From: Sminthopsis crassicaudata
Taxonomy: Eukaryota
Direction of reading: 5' to 3'
Assembly (NCBI RefSeq): GCF_048593235.1
Contig: NC_133618.1
Location: 620,514,889-620,578,888 of the forward strand
Length of the DNA stretch: 64,000 bases
This document shows, piece by piece, positions 40,225 to 53,100 of the stretch. The position numbers were made by a program, and so were the translations under genes. Position 1 is the stretch's first letter. Each line of letters starts with the position of its first letter. Under the pieces are notes generated by a model. The model was given only the letters and a program-made list of their open reading frames with translations. It was not told the origin of the DNA and searched no databases.

Positions 40225-40520
40225 GAATAGAGTGTAGAGCCTGAATCAGAAACACCTGAATAGCCTTGGACTTTAGCTGAATGAGCAAGTCGTTTAATCC
40301 TGTTTGCCTCAGTTTCCTCATCTGTAAAATGAGCTGAAGAAGGAAATGATCCAGCTTCAGATACTTAATAGCTGTGTGACAATGCACAAGTCATTGAACT
40401 CCAACTGCCTCCCCCCAAAGAAGGAAAAGGCAAATCACTCCAGTATCTTTGCCAAGAAAACTCCCAGCGGGGTCACAGAGCATCAGGTACAATTGAAATG
40501 AATGATAAGCAACAACAAAA
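40225..40520 (+). mobile_element. MAR1-type SINE
   Basis: cctcagtttcctcatctgtaaaatgag...cactccagtatctttgccaagaaaactcc; two overlapping pieces. Confidence 0.7.
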
Positions 40521-41619
40521 CAACGTGCTGGGCACTGTTCGGTCCTGGGAATAATAATAATACTTATCATTATTACTGTTAACATTACATTTAATTGCCC
40601 CATTATTAATGGAAGAGGGAGCTGGCACAGTGGGCCGGCAACTGGAGACCTGTAGAGACACAGAGTTGTTGCATTTATTGTCATGACCGGCTGAAGGCAA
40701 ACAATGCAGCGAGAGGCAGAGAAAGGAAGTGAAAGGGCAGATGGCTTAAAGTACCTCCAAGCTCTTGGCCAGGAGTGGAGGGCACCTAACATTTACCCAC
40801 CTAACATTTCAGTGCTCCCGAGATCCCCTCGACGTGGGTGCTCTTTCTAGTAACATAGAACACAATTTGTCCATGCTTAACTCTTGGTATGATCCTCGTC
40901 CGTGAATTCTCTGTTAGTCTAAGGCAGTTCTTGGCCTGAGAACTGTGAACTGTTTTGTTGTTGGCTGTTGTTTATTTTTTAATTTAACAACCATTGTTGT
41001 ACAGTCATATATGATGCTTTGTGACCCATTTGGGGTTTCCTCAACAAAGCTCCCACTCCCACTTATCTCCAACTCATTTTTCAGATGAGGAAACTGAGGC
41101 AAATAGGGCCACATAAATGTCCGAGGCAGCATTTAAACTCGGGTCTTCCTGACTTCAGACTTAGCACTCTATCCACCACATCACCTAGTTTTCTTTGTGG
41201 CCCCATGTATTTTACTCTATGCCTTTAAAAGCATTTTGCAAAAAGGGCCATAGATGTTACCAGACTGCCAAAGGGATCACTGATTCTATAAAGATTAGGA
41301 ACCTCTGGCTAAGTAATGACTGATAAAAAATATTTGCTTGGACTAGTCCTTGGGATGGGAAAGAATAGGGAGGGAGCAAAATGCCCGCATGTATATGGAT
41401 GAATAGCATTGAAACAAGATGACTCGATGGATAGCACTAGAATTTGAACTCTGAAAGACCTGAATTCAAATAAAACCTAGGGCACTTAACTAGTTGTGTG
41501 CTTCTGGACAAATGACTTAATCTCCATCTATTTCACTAAAATGGGGATAACTCCCCCCCCCCCCCGCCATTGATTGTTGTGATGAACAGATGAAATAAGA
41601 TTTGTGGGTTTTTTATTTT

Positions 41620-41790
41620 TAATAATAGTTTTTTTTTTATTTTCAAAATACATGCAAAGATAGTTTTCAATATTCACCCTTACAAAACTTTGTGTTCCAA
41701 GATTTTCTCCCTCTCTTCCCCCGCCCTTCCCTGGATAGCAAGTGATCCAATATAGGTTAAACATGGGCAGCTCTTCTAACCCTATTTCCA
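41620..41790 (-). mobile_element. Short antisense L1 3' end
   Basis: ttttattttcaaaatacatgcaaagatagttttcaatattcacccttac...; same family as 37530. Confidence 0.75.
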
Positions 41791-42239
41791 CAAGTGTGAG
41801 AGAAGATTTGTAAAGAGCTTCAGAGACTTTGAAGCAGCAGAGGCCGAGGATGATGTAGCCACCAGGCTATGTCCGTAAGGAGTAGATAGGATGTACATTC
41901 AGGATAACACCATTCCAGAAAGGAGGCAGCAGCCATGGACTCCTTGGCCAGAAATGCGTAATGTGGGGGGACTAGTCAAAGAGAATTAGCAGCTGTAGCA
42001 CAAGGAGGCAAACTTGACCTTGGAGATGTGGCAGAGACTCAGTGTGATGGGATTCAGGATTGACATGTCGCCGGGGAAAGCTGTCACTTATTCTGAAGGA
42101 GCAGGACATAACCGAGTGTATGTGTGCATGGTGGACAGAGTGCCGGGATCATTAGCAGAATGTAACTACTACCAGTAAATGGGTACCGCTGCCGGGGTGA
42201 GGGGGTTGCCTATTCGGGAGGGTGCGCTTCCCTCACACA

Positions 42240-43400
42240 CGGACAACCACTGTGGCTTATGGATCCATCTCCCTGCCCCAAGTCTCTCCCTACTACAGTC
42301 TATCCTGCATTTATCGGCCAAATTTATTTTTCCAGTGAGGCAGGTGACCTTGCCCAGCCCTCCCTCATTTAAATCCAATTCACTTGCATATGGCAGCATC
42401 ACATCCCTGATGTTTGTGATCCTCTTCAAGAACAAAGGACAAACAACAACTCCCCACCACATCCCACTCAATTAATCTCAGTAGCTTCCAGTTACTTCTA
42501 AGTAACTATAAAATCTTTATCGCATTCAAAGGGCTTCTTAACCTGCTCTCACTTTCAGTCTTCTTACTATCTTGCCTCTACCTACTCAGCAATCTAGTGA
42601 CATTGTTGAGGTCTGGAAAGGGAGACCCCCAAAGTTTGGGGTCCCAGACCGGCGTTGCGAGGTGTCTCAAAAGAATTGGCAGGCTTGAACTTATCTCCTA
42701 GTCAAGGGGCAAAGCTTTATTGCAATACTAACGCCATTACAAAGCAGACTGAAGAGTAAGGGAATTCAGTAGAGAAACAGAGACAAGGAGACACGTTTAT
42801 CCAGCCTTCAATCATAGACATGTTAATTCTGGGGCTCATAGGTAGGAAGGAGAGTCTCTGGGATTTGGTTCTCTTGACCAGATTATTACTGATCCAATCA
42901 TCAGTCAGCAATGAATTGGAATGGTCAGGAGTTTGATCTGTGGGAGTTTCCTGAGGCCAGAAGCTCCCTGACTAAGGAGTGGTCAGAATCAGACTGTTTC
43001 CTGAGACAGAAAACGAGAATCACTGACTTATTGCCAGAACAGAAATCCCCCCTAAAATCAGGGGGGGCCACAAAATCATGTTACATCAACATTAGTGTCC
43101 TGGCACTTCCTGTTATGGGACACTCCCTCCACCTCCAGACTTCAGGCATTTCCACTGTCTCTCCCTCTTGTCTCCGGAATTCTCTCCCTTCTCATCTCTA
43201 CCTCCTTTGGCTTCCAACTAAAATCCGACTTCCCCCGCCCTTCTTCCTTCTACCCTACCCTGTCTATGGTCTCCAGTTTATATATATATATATATATATA
43301 ATTTGTGTGTTGTCTCTGTGTTTCTTGAGAGTTTCGTCTTTTAGTCACCAGCACTTAGCACAGTGTCTAGCACATAGTAGGTCTTGATGAATGCTTTTTG
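42240..43400 (+). mobile_element. L2 fragment interrupted by a solo LTR
   Basis: ctacagtctatcctgcatt... before the LTR, and an L2 tail cagcacttagcacagtgtctagcacatagtaggtcttgatgaatgc after it. Confidence 0.6.
42604..43088 (-). mobile_element. Intact ERV solo LTR (485 bp) with 4-bp TSD
   Basis: TG...CA termini, ACAT duplicated at 42600-42603 and 43089-43092, and minus-strand AATAAA at 42716-42721. A 4-bp TSD is typical of class I (gamma-like) ERVs. Confidence 0.85.
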
Positions 43401-43719
43401 ACTGATCCTCAATCTCACCTTCCGGTTCTCTGACAATCTACCTTGCCCCCCTCCCCATTACAATGTAGTGGGTACCCCTAGGACCCTGTCATCATGATAT
43501 TTTTCTTCCTGGACGGTTTTTCCCCTCAACTCCCAAGAGGGCAAGGGCGAGAATACCCCCTCTCTTGGTACGGCTGCACTTCGACATCACAGATTTTTAA
43601 AAATTCTAAGCGAAAATATTTCTGGTTATGCTGCTGAATAGCAATACATATTTAAAAGACAGCACTCACCTTAGGAAACCTAGGAAGTGGGGGTGGGGAG
43701 GAAGCTGGCAGAGCACATT

Positions 43720-45140
43720 TGGGTCAAGGTTATTGAAGCCGGATACAAACAAAACATTACCATCAGAATATACCACATCTCAACTAGCTAGAGCTATCAG
43801 TTGGGAAGTTGGGGAAACTAATCCCAAGCCTGGCACTGAGGCAGGTGTATGGAAGTGATGGAAGACTTCAATTATCTGGAGAGTGCTGCTGAAGCTTTCT
43901 CTCTGCTAAAAGCAGAGCAGTTACTAATTTCCCCACTTGAACTAATGATAATTTCATCCTTCAAAAGGTGGAGGAAATAATCAGGGGAAATTCTATTCTG
44001 GATCTGATTTTTACTGACAGTGAGGGAACTATGTTGAGAGGAAAATAATGGGATCCTTGGGGGAAAGGGACCATTCCATTTTAGGATTTGGAAGAGAGAA
44101 AAATTGAACATGGTCATTCCCGAGTCCCAGGTTCCGGGAGAGCTCATGAGAAAGAATAGATAACATCAAATTCTACCCGAGAAGGCAGCCCCGGGAGGGA
44201 TGGGACTCTCTTGAGAACAACAGTCTGAAGACACAAATAGAAACCCTCCCGATGAGAAGGGAAAGGAGGGCTGTCAGAAGGGACTGCACAGGGATACCCA
44301 GGAAACTTGAAACTTTAGATTTTTAAAAAGACATGGACAGAAGCTGGAGATATGGGCAGCAAATGGAGGCTGGCTGAATGCAAAGCGTGGCTCGGATGTG
44401 TTGGAGTAGTACCAGAAGGGCTAAACTCGGGATGCACAGAGCAGCTGAAGAGAGCTCAGGACAACAAGAGGGATGGACTTTTGTTGTTATTGTTGCTCCT
44501 TAAGATACGTTGAGGAAAAGAGTAGGAATAGAGAAAGGACTGCTGCTTCAGATCCAATGGTGAGACAATGGCTAGAGACAACAAAAAAAGGCAGAAATAC
44601 TCTATTCTTATTTTGTTTTTGTTTTTTTCTGTGAAGAGAATGTGCTTTGAACAGGTTAGGACAGAATAAGAATGAATCATAGAAAGGTGAGACCAGCAGC
44701 AGGTAGGGGGGGATGGTGAGAGAGCATCTGGCTACTCTTGCCAAATTCAAGTCACCAGGATGAGTTGAACAATGGCTTAGGTACCAAAAAGTTGGAGGGA
44801 GCATAGCTGGTCTTTGAAGGATGTAGGAAATGGGAGAGGTGCTTCCTAACTGGAGCAGAGACAGACTGACTCAATTGCCGCAGAAAAGAGGAAAAGATTA
44901 ATCAGTGAATTCAATGGTGATTCCTGGCAAAATTCCAGAATTTTAAAGGGTTTATTAATGACTAACTAATAAAGGAACAGTTAATTCCCAAGAGTCAGCA
45001 TGGATCCATCCGTTATAGAGGTGGGGATGGAAGGGTGCACAGGCTTTTCCAGGTAAGGATTTTGGAGAAAGGCCAGCCTGTTTGGCTGAGGATGAGAGGA
45101 TTCAGTAGGAAGGGTAGTCAAGAGCAAGAGATAGAAAAGA
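43720..45140 (+). mobile_element. CR1/L3 ORF2 remnant (endonuclease to start of RT)
   Basis: Reads EDFNYL..., then NDNFILQKVEEIIRGNSILDLIFTD...GSLGERDHSIL, the CR1 endonuclease motif series. Confidence 0.7.
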
Positions 45141-48100
45141 CGAGAGTCCTGAGTTTGGGGTCTATTGTCAAAGGCAGCCGAGTTTGGGATCGAGGGTAGA
45201 GAAATAGAACCAGAGAAGGGATTCACTGTGTCTGGGAGGGGCAGGGGGTTCAGCCCCAGGCAAGGATCCCGTCGTGTTTTGTTACCTCTGATCAATGTGA
45301 ATCCTATCCTGTTAATATTAATAATAACCGTCAAAAAAAAAAACCCCTGCTAACACTCTTGGGCACTGCTTTTCTGGCTCTTTCCGAATCCTAATCCCAG
45401 GAACTATATTTTCAGAAATCTGTCACCTTAAATGGAGATCCTACTGAGATTTCTGGTTGCTCTAGGTTGGAGCTAGGATAATGATGAGGATGAGGATGGG
45501 TGGGCGGCTTTTATATTACACACTTTTGCAAAGTGCTTTAAATGTATTATTTAATGTGATCTTCACAATAATCCTGGGTGGTGGGGAGTTGTATTACCCC
45601 CACTTTACACATGAGGAAACTACAGATGAAATAGACAAAAGTTCTGTGACTTGTCCAGAGTCAAACAGCTGACTGAGTGTCTGAGGAAGGATTTGAATTC
45701 AGATCTCTGGACTTCAAACCAAGTGCTTGATTCCAGGGCGCCCAGCTGCCTCAGTTCAGTATGACTGCTGCGTAACATTGTGTTCTGCTCAGCCTCCGTC
45801 ATGCTTACCGGGGGACAGTGGCAGGTGAGATAGGGTGGGATTAAAGGGGAAAGCGAAGGGTTAACGAATGAGGATGATATTGCAGAAAATAGATGTTATG
45901 ATTTTTTCAAGAAAACCCTTCTATCTTATTTATGTGTGTACTTCCCTTCCTTCCAAGTAAGGTTCCAAATCTAGCTAGCCTTTATGTATTGCTTTAAAGT
46001 TAGAAAAGTGCATTTTGCCTCCTTTTATTCTTGCCATCACCTTGGGAAAAGGGATGCCATTACTCCCATTTTACAGATGAGGATGCTGAGTCCAACAGCC
46101 ATTGTGATTTGCCCAGAGTTACACAGCTCGTAAATGTCTGAGGCAAGATTCAAACTTGTTTTCCTAACTCCAAGTCCAGCAATCTCAAGGTTAGTTAGTC
46201 CAACCCCATCATTTTACAGTCTGAAGCCCAGAGAGTTAGTTGCCTTGATCAAGTTCACACAGGTTAAGTGAAGAGGGGTATTGAACCCGGCTCTTCCAAC
46301 TCCACATGCTCCAAAGAGAACCCCAATGCTGGGTTCCTTCTCTTGTACTTTGCCACTGCCGCCATGATTCAGGAGTTCCTTTTCTGGGAGGAGGGCTGGT
46401 CATCCAATCTCTGAGCGCTTCTAGGGCCCAGAATCTCCTTCCCTCCCCTCCCAAGGCTTCCTGTTCTGTTATCTTGGGATAGTCCCTACTCATCGTTTCA
46501 ACATTTACCAAACATAATATTTACTAAAAGTAACATTTACTAATCATAACATTTAAATCTGTGCAAAGCACCATGTTGGAACATGACAGTGCTACCACTA
46601 TTCCCTTATAGTCCGATGATGGGGAGTGGAGACAGGGCAAAGGAGGAAGATGGATAGATATGTATGAGTGACTGTGATGCAAGGAAGGGGGAGATAAATG
46701 CAGAAGAGAGACCCCCAGGATCCTGGCTACGCTTGGACCCCCTTCTGGGGAACAATTTGGGGGAGTCCTTGGCTTCTGACAGATCCATCTATATGTTCCA
46801 TTCCCTCTTTTGCTAATATCAGTCCTGATATTGTTGAGGATAGAGAGACCTTCTAGCGTTCATTTCTGCCATTCCCTTGCCTCTGCCTTGATTCCAGTTT
46901 CTCCCCAACTCCCCTTCATCCTTGCATCTCTTCGCATCGTGGCAGTAGCTGCTGTTACAGCAATTTATTCAAGTGATCTGGCCTGAGCTGCTCCTGCTTC
47001 CGTGGCATAAATCAGAATAAATAACCATCAGGAGCTGTACTGATTCTACCTCGTGTTATTTTTTTCTCTGAATGCAAAAGGAAAGCAGCTGTTTTCCTGG
47101 ATGCTCTGAGGGCATGAGGGAGCCTGAGCTTCTGTTTGGGGGTGGGGAAAACCCTTCTATCATTTGACTCCCGCTGAATCCCACCCTGCAGTGCCCAGAC
47201 TCCGGGGAACGCTGTAAGGGCATCCCTGGTGGCTCATCCCTCCATTTCTCCCCGGTGAGATTCAGTCATAGGCTTAAGGTGGGGACAAGAGAGAAGGGGA
47301 GGCCTCAGGGATGGAAAAAAACATTCTCAGGGAAAAAAACCATGAGCTCTGAAGGGGGAAATCCCTCCCTCTCCTCCCTCCATCGACCTCTCTAGCTCCC
47401 CAGCCGTTCCCCATCATTGAGCAGTCAGTGGATGCTATTACTATGGCAACAGGCCCAGGAGTCCCGTTGCTATGCTGGCTGCCACACAGACGCGTCCCCA
47501 TGACAACTGCCCCTGGCGGCCTGGGTCAGGCCAGTGCTTGCTTCGTGGAAGGTACACTTATATACTGCTTTTAGGCTGAGGGCAGGTAGAGCTTTGCAGT
47601 TTAGAAAGAAGAGTAACAGCTAGAGATGAGCCTTGCTTCCTGCCCCCTCCAGTGCTGTGTGAGGAGATAAAGTAGGGGGAGAATAGTGGTGTGGGGAGGC
47701 CATGGAATAATCCCACCCTCCTCCTCCCCCCAGTTTATGGTGAGAACAGCTCTGAAACCCTCCTTGCAAGGAAGCCCCTTGGCATTCTCTTTGGGTCTGG
47801 AACTAGGGCCCTGCCCTTTGAAGGTGTTGGCACTGCCAGGGAGAGGCAAGCGTGGGGAAAAGCAGAGAAGTCCTCACTCCAGAACTCAGCAGCTGGGCTG
47901 AGAAAAGTCAGCAAAAATCCACTGTCCCCCACCTGAATGGAGTAGTCTTTGGGGACTGACTGGTTACTGCCTCTATGTCTATGGTCAGCTCATTCAAGAA
48001 ACATTCCACAGAATCACAGAACATTAATGATAAAATCTAGTCCTTCCCCAACTTTAAACTGAGGTTCAGGGAAGGCAAGTCACCTACCAAGGTTGCACAG

Positions 48101-49499
48101 AACAATGAATATCAGAGATTAGACCTGAATTCAGGTCTTCTGAACCAAGTCCAGTGCTCTAAAATAGTGTCTACCATGTGACATAACTGACCCCTTCAAT
48201 AATTAAAACAATGTGGTCATGAGCCAGTGAACTACTTGAGATTTGGAAGAATAGTAGGTGGAAGACCCCTCCTCAGAAGGGTCAAGGGACAGGATTTAAG
48301 AAGATTTAAGAAGAAGGAGTGGATTGGGGATCAGGCCTTGGGTCCCCGCATGGTCAGCTTTGCTGGGTGTCCCTAGGAAGCCGTCCAAAGGACTCTGTTT
48401 CCGCCTGATGTTTTCCTTTTTGTTTTTTTCTAACCGTGAACCTTGGCCCAAGTTTAGCCTATCCTTTGCCTTCTGCATATGTTCAACTTCTAAAAACCAG
48501 TGTCTCTGATTCCTAATTACTTCCCTCCCTTCTCCTAGCATTGGCCTTGTAACAAGATGTTCCAATCTGGCAACTGTCCCCTCTTTCCCTTCTATTCTCC
48601 ACATCTATTGGTTCCAAACAATAAAGCTGTATTTTCCAGAGTTTATTCACGAGGAAGGAGAGAAATCAATAATTGCTTATTAAACACTTACCATGTGCCA
48701 AGCATTGTGTTAAATGCTGGGGATACAAAAAAGAGATGATATCTGTCCTCGAGGACATTTTAACAGAGAAGATGACCCATAAAAGAAAAGCAAAAAGGTA
48801 GAAGGGAAACTGCTGAAGTAGCAGAGCAAAGCCCAGAAAACGAGGGATGACTTCCTGAAAACGAAGGTTCTGGGAAGAACTAGCCCATGGGAGAAAGGTG
48901 TTATGGGAGAAAAGGAAAAGGCAATTGAGGTATGGTGATTAAGGCCAGAGAGAGCTCATTAAGATAATCAGTTTAGAATAGGAAAGGATTTTAGAGATGC
49001 TCATTTTGTGGAGGGGGAAACTGAAGTCCAGAGAAATGAAGCAATTTATCTAAAGTTACACAGAATCTCTGTGTAATTCAACTCTCTCCCCATGCCAGAA
49101 AGTACGTGGCATAGTCAGGAACTCAGATGCCCCAATTCCAAGTCCAGTACACCTTCCAATGCATCACAGGTTTGATGTACATAAATAAACTCCAGATGGG
49201 ATTACACCTAATTTTTCTAAACCCAATTTTCTGGCAAAGTTTTCCAGAGTCTAGCTTACCTCTTAAAATGCTCTAAGCCTAGAATTCCAGCTATCTCACT
49301 TTCTACCTCCATCCCACACCTCTGTTTGGCCCATTCTAGATCAGAATCCAGACAGCATACATTGAATTCACCCTTTGACTCATTTTCAATTATTAGTTAT
49401 TGACCCTTTCTCTCCTACTGCCCAACAAGAAAATGCTAAGAAACTAGAAACAGAATTCCTAGTACTCCAAGAGAATCCATGATTTTATAACTATTCTAT

Positions 49500-50800
49500 T
49501 CCCATTACCTTAAATTCTCTTCTTTTTCTTCCAGCTTTCTACCATTATCTTAATATTTCTCATGTCATGGTGATTTCTCTTTGGCCCCTTCTAATTTTCA
49601 GGGAGTTTTGTTGCTTAGGCAGTATTTTGTATCTCTTGTGCCAATCTGTTATTTCCAGTTTCAATTCTTTTTTTTCCCTCACAGTTGTCTTTTCTTTCCC
49701 AGTTTTTCCTTTCTGTATTCTCATTTCATTGATAAAAACCCTCTCACCTTTTTACAAAACTTATTTCATTTTTTCTTAGGAATTCTAGTTCAGTCTGTGC
49801 CCAAATTGGGCTTTTTTGGGGGGTTTTGCTTATAGATATTTTGGAGTCGTTATCTTCTGTGTTTGTGCCTTAAATAGTTTTTTAATGGTGGCTTTCTTTT
49901 TTTCTTTGCTAATTTTTTCAGCCTGTTTTCTGACTTCAGACTTCATATTATGTCTGGGCTCTGTATATTTCTGGAGGGAAGATCTAGAATGTCTTTTTTT
50001 AAAGTGTTGTGTTATTCCAGGTTCATAAGGATAGCTCAGGTTGAGGATCTACAAGTTTCCATTTTTCCCTTAGTGTTCTGATCCAGGACAAAATCTGAAT
50101 GCAAATCCCTGATCTGAGCTCTGCAGATGCCTGACTTAGGAAGGGGTCTGAACAACAGTTGACTATTGCAGGATTCCGTATGCTTGGGAAGCTCTGCTGG
50201 TGAAGGCTCCCCTTAGATCTAGGATTTGTGTCCTGGATATTCCTTCAGAGCTTAGGGGTTCTCAAACTAAGGCCCGCAGGCCACATGCTGCCCGAAGGGT
50301 TATGGCAAATGGGCTGAGGGACAGAGACAGAGTGTGAGCTTTTGCTTTTACTACAGTCCGGCCCTCCCACAGTCTGAGGGACAGCGAACTAGCACTTATT
50401 TAAAAAGTTTGAGGACCACTGGTTCAGACTATGCTACATCCTGGAAATGAGCCAATTCTGCTATAGGGATCAGAACCACACAACTTCTCTATGCTTTGGA
50501 CCTTGTTCTTAGTGTCTGTTTCCCTACTTCCTTTCCCCAAAGTAACATTTATATCCAGGTCCCTTCTTCAGTCCATCTAGATCTGGGACCTAGAATTGAA
50601 TAGTGGGTGATCAAGCTGCCATCTGGCCTTAAAACTGTGCCCAGGTATGGGTCTGAGACATCCCATTGCCCTGGTACATAGCCTCTCTCTGGGCACTGGA
50701 GTGTCCTAAACAAACCTCTATTTCTGTCCAGATTTCTTCTCCAATGTTCACACTCCTGATTCTGGGCAATTTCTCTTCTCCAAAGCATCACACCCTATTC
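49500..50800 (-). mobile_element. Old L1 5'UTR/ORF1 remnant hosting the OC1 MITE
   Basis: T-rich plus strand with L1 ORF1-antisense character (ttttgtatctcttgtgccaatctg, tttcttaggaattctagttcag); boundaries approximate. Confidence 0.5.
50251..50421 (+). mobile_element. Non-autonomous OC1 (OposCharlie1-type) hAT DNA transposon
   Basis: TIRs taggggttctcaaact and agtttgaggaccactg match at 13/16. Flanks cTTCAGAg / gTTCAGAc resemble a degraded 8-bp hAT TSD. Internal tagtccggccctcc..cagtctgagggacag-like motif matches OC1 as I recall it. Confidence 0.8.
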
Positions 50801-52894
50801 ACACCGACCATTGCTCTCTGAACTATTCTCAACTTATCTTTGAAAAACAAGTATGACATGGACTCTCACTAACAACTAGGCTTTTGTTTTGATGGAGAGA
50901 CCTGCGCAATTTCTATAAGTTCTCATTCCATCCTACTTTCTCATCACCTCAGACCCCAGGATATTTCAACTTGGCTCACAGATTACCTCCAAAGTTCACA
51001 AAAGCCTAAATGCCCTTATTACATGAGGCAGTTTTAGAGTTGGGGATACCCAAGGAGGGAAGCACCATTATGATCTAGTAAGTTCCCTAAGAGATTGAAG
51101 CTCTTGGAGGTAGACTGGATACTCCCTATTTCAGAGATTTAGAAAAGGAAAATTGGCTCAGGAGGCATGAGATATTCATGAAAATAAAATTCTTGCTACT
51201 CATTTATGAATTAATATTTTAAAAGGACATAGATATTTAAAAAGGACAAAAAGACTTAAGAACAGGAAAAAGAGGGTTAGGAAAAGCTTTCTGGAGCATA
51301 TTGTACCTGAGCTGGTCTTGAAGGGAAGGGAGAACATGAACACGGAGTGGTGGGGGTGTGAATAAAGTCTGCAGACGGAATGATCCGACGAGAGGAGGAG
51401 AGAGGGTCATTAAAACATAGAGAATGTGAAGGGGAGCAATAGATTTTGAGCCTATAAAGAAAGGCTTGTCTGCAGGATGGAAGGCCTTGGATGCAAGAAC
51501 CAATTTATGCATCAGGCAATGGGGAGTTTTGTGGGTGGAGTAACCTGATTAGAGTCATGCATTTAGAAGATGATTTTGGCACTTGGTGAAGAATATATTG
51601 GAGAGAGAATGAGGCCAGAACCCCTAAGCATGGTGATCGCCCCCCCATCTCATTCTTTCACCCTGCCTCGCCCTCCCCATGGCAGATTTTCCGGACCTCA
51701 GGTTGTCCCCGTTCACAAACTGTTCTCCTTGTGCTGTGCTCCTTGGGACGCTCCATTCTCAATCCCGCCATATTCTCATAGTCAGTGAGACCTGGCTCCC
51801 TCCTCATAAAAGTTGCTACAAATAGCTAGCACTTCTATAGTGCTTTAAGCATCACAAAGTGTGTTATAATATTAGCTCATTTTATGCTCAAAATGACCCC
51901 GGGAAGGAGGTTACTATAATTATTTCACTTTACAGATGAGGAAATGGGGGCAGAGGTTACAGAATTTGTTCATGGTTGTCCAGCGTCTATGGTGGAATTA
52001 AACTCAGTTCTTCTCGACTGCAGGACAAATGCTCTATCCACCGAGCCATGCAGTCCCCTCCATGCTCAGCCAGCTGCTTTTGCCCTCAAGGAGCCAAAGA
52101 TCCACTAGTATGTGGAATGCAGGTTTCCTTCTCTTATTGGGTGGGCAGGCTATGGCTATGTGGGACTTGGACCGGTTCTGAACCTCCCTGGCTAATGACA
52201 CTTTGGACTTGGCACTTAGCTTCCTCTGCCGAGGTTCTGCCAGCGTTGGAACTGTTTATTGGGGCCAGTCTGCTTTGCCATGGCTGGCTCCCAGCAATCT
52301 CTCTTAGAGCACATTTGCCTCAGTGGCCCTGTGTTTCCCCCGTCAAAGTCCCACGTCACCGTGACAGCTGATGGTTAGGGGTCCCCGGAGGACAGGGAGC
52401 CCCTGCTGGGAGCCAGGTGCGGCTCCAAAGCTGATTATTGTGCTGGGGGCAGGCAGGGCTCTGTAGTACGTGGAACATTGGGGGCGGCAGCCAGCCCAGG
52501 GTGACCCTCCTGGAGGGGCAGCCATCCTCCCTGAGGGCTTTGGCCCCTGGCTTTGCTCCCTCCTCCTGGCACTGTTTCCTGCCCTGCCCTTTTCAGGTCA
52601 ATCCTTGGTGGGGGGGTGAGTTAAAAATATCCATCTTACCATCACAGGCTGGAAACTCTTAAAGGGATCTCTGGGCATAAGGCCCAGCTTGGACTCAAGG
52701 AATTCGGACTCTCAAATGTCTGGTCCCTGAGGACTTCTCGGTGGTGGCTGTAGCCCAAAGGGCAACCCCTGCCTTTTTGCCCCTTCTTTAGATCACTGGA
52801 GATCATAAGAAAGTGAGCTGAGACACGCAGGTGATGATGTTCCCCCATGCCCAGGGACTGAATCTTTAACCCTGAGTAGGATTTGACTGATTAT

Positions 52895-53100
52895 AATTAA
52901 GAGGACTACAGGGACGGCTGGGTGGTTCGATGGGTGGAGCACCTGCCCTGGAATCAGGAATCAAATCAGACCTTGGACACTTAATAGCTGTGTGACCTTC
53001 ATGTAAAGGATGAGCTGGACAAGGAAAGGGCCAGTATCTTTGCCCAGAAAACTCCCAAATGGGGTCACAGAGAGGGGACTGAAATGACTCAACAACCTCA
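52895..53100 (+). mobile_element. MAR1-type SINE
   Basis: gacacttaatagctgtgtgacc...ccagtatctttgcccagaaaactcccaaatggggtcacagag. Confidence 0.7.

Noticed and set aside
47507-47520. Second CTCF-like motif (minus GCCGCCAGGGGCAG)
   Set aside because: One base short in the invariant core spacing.
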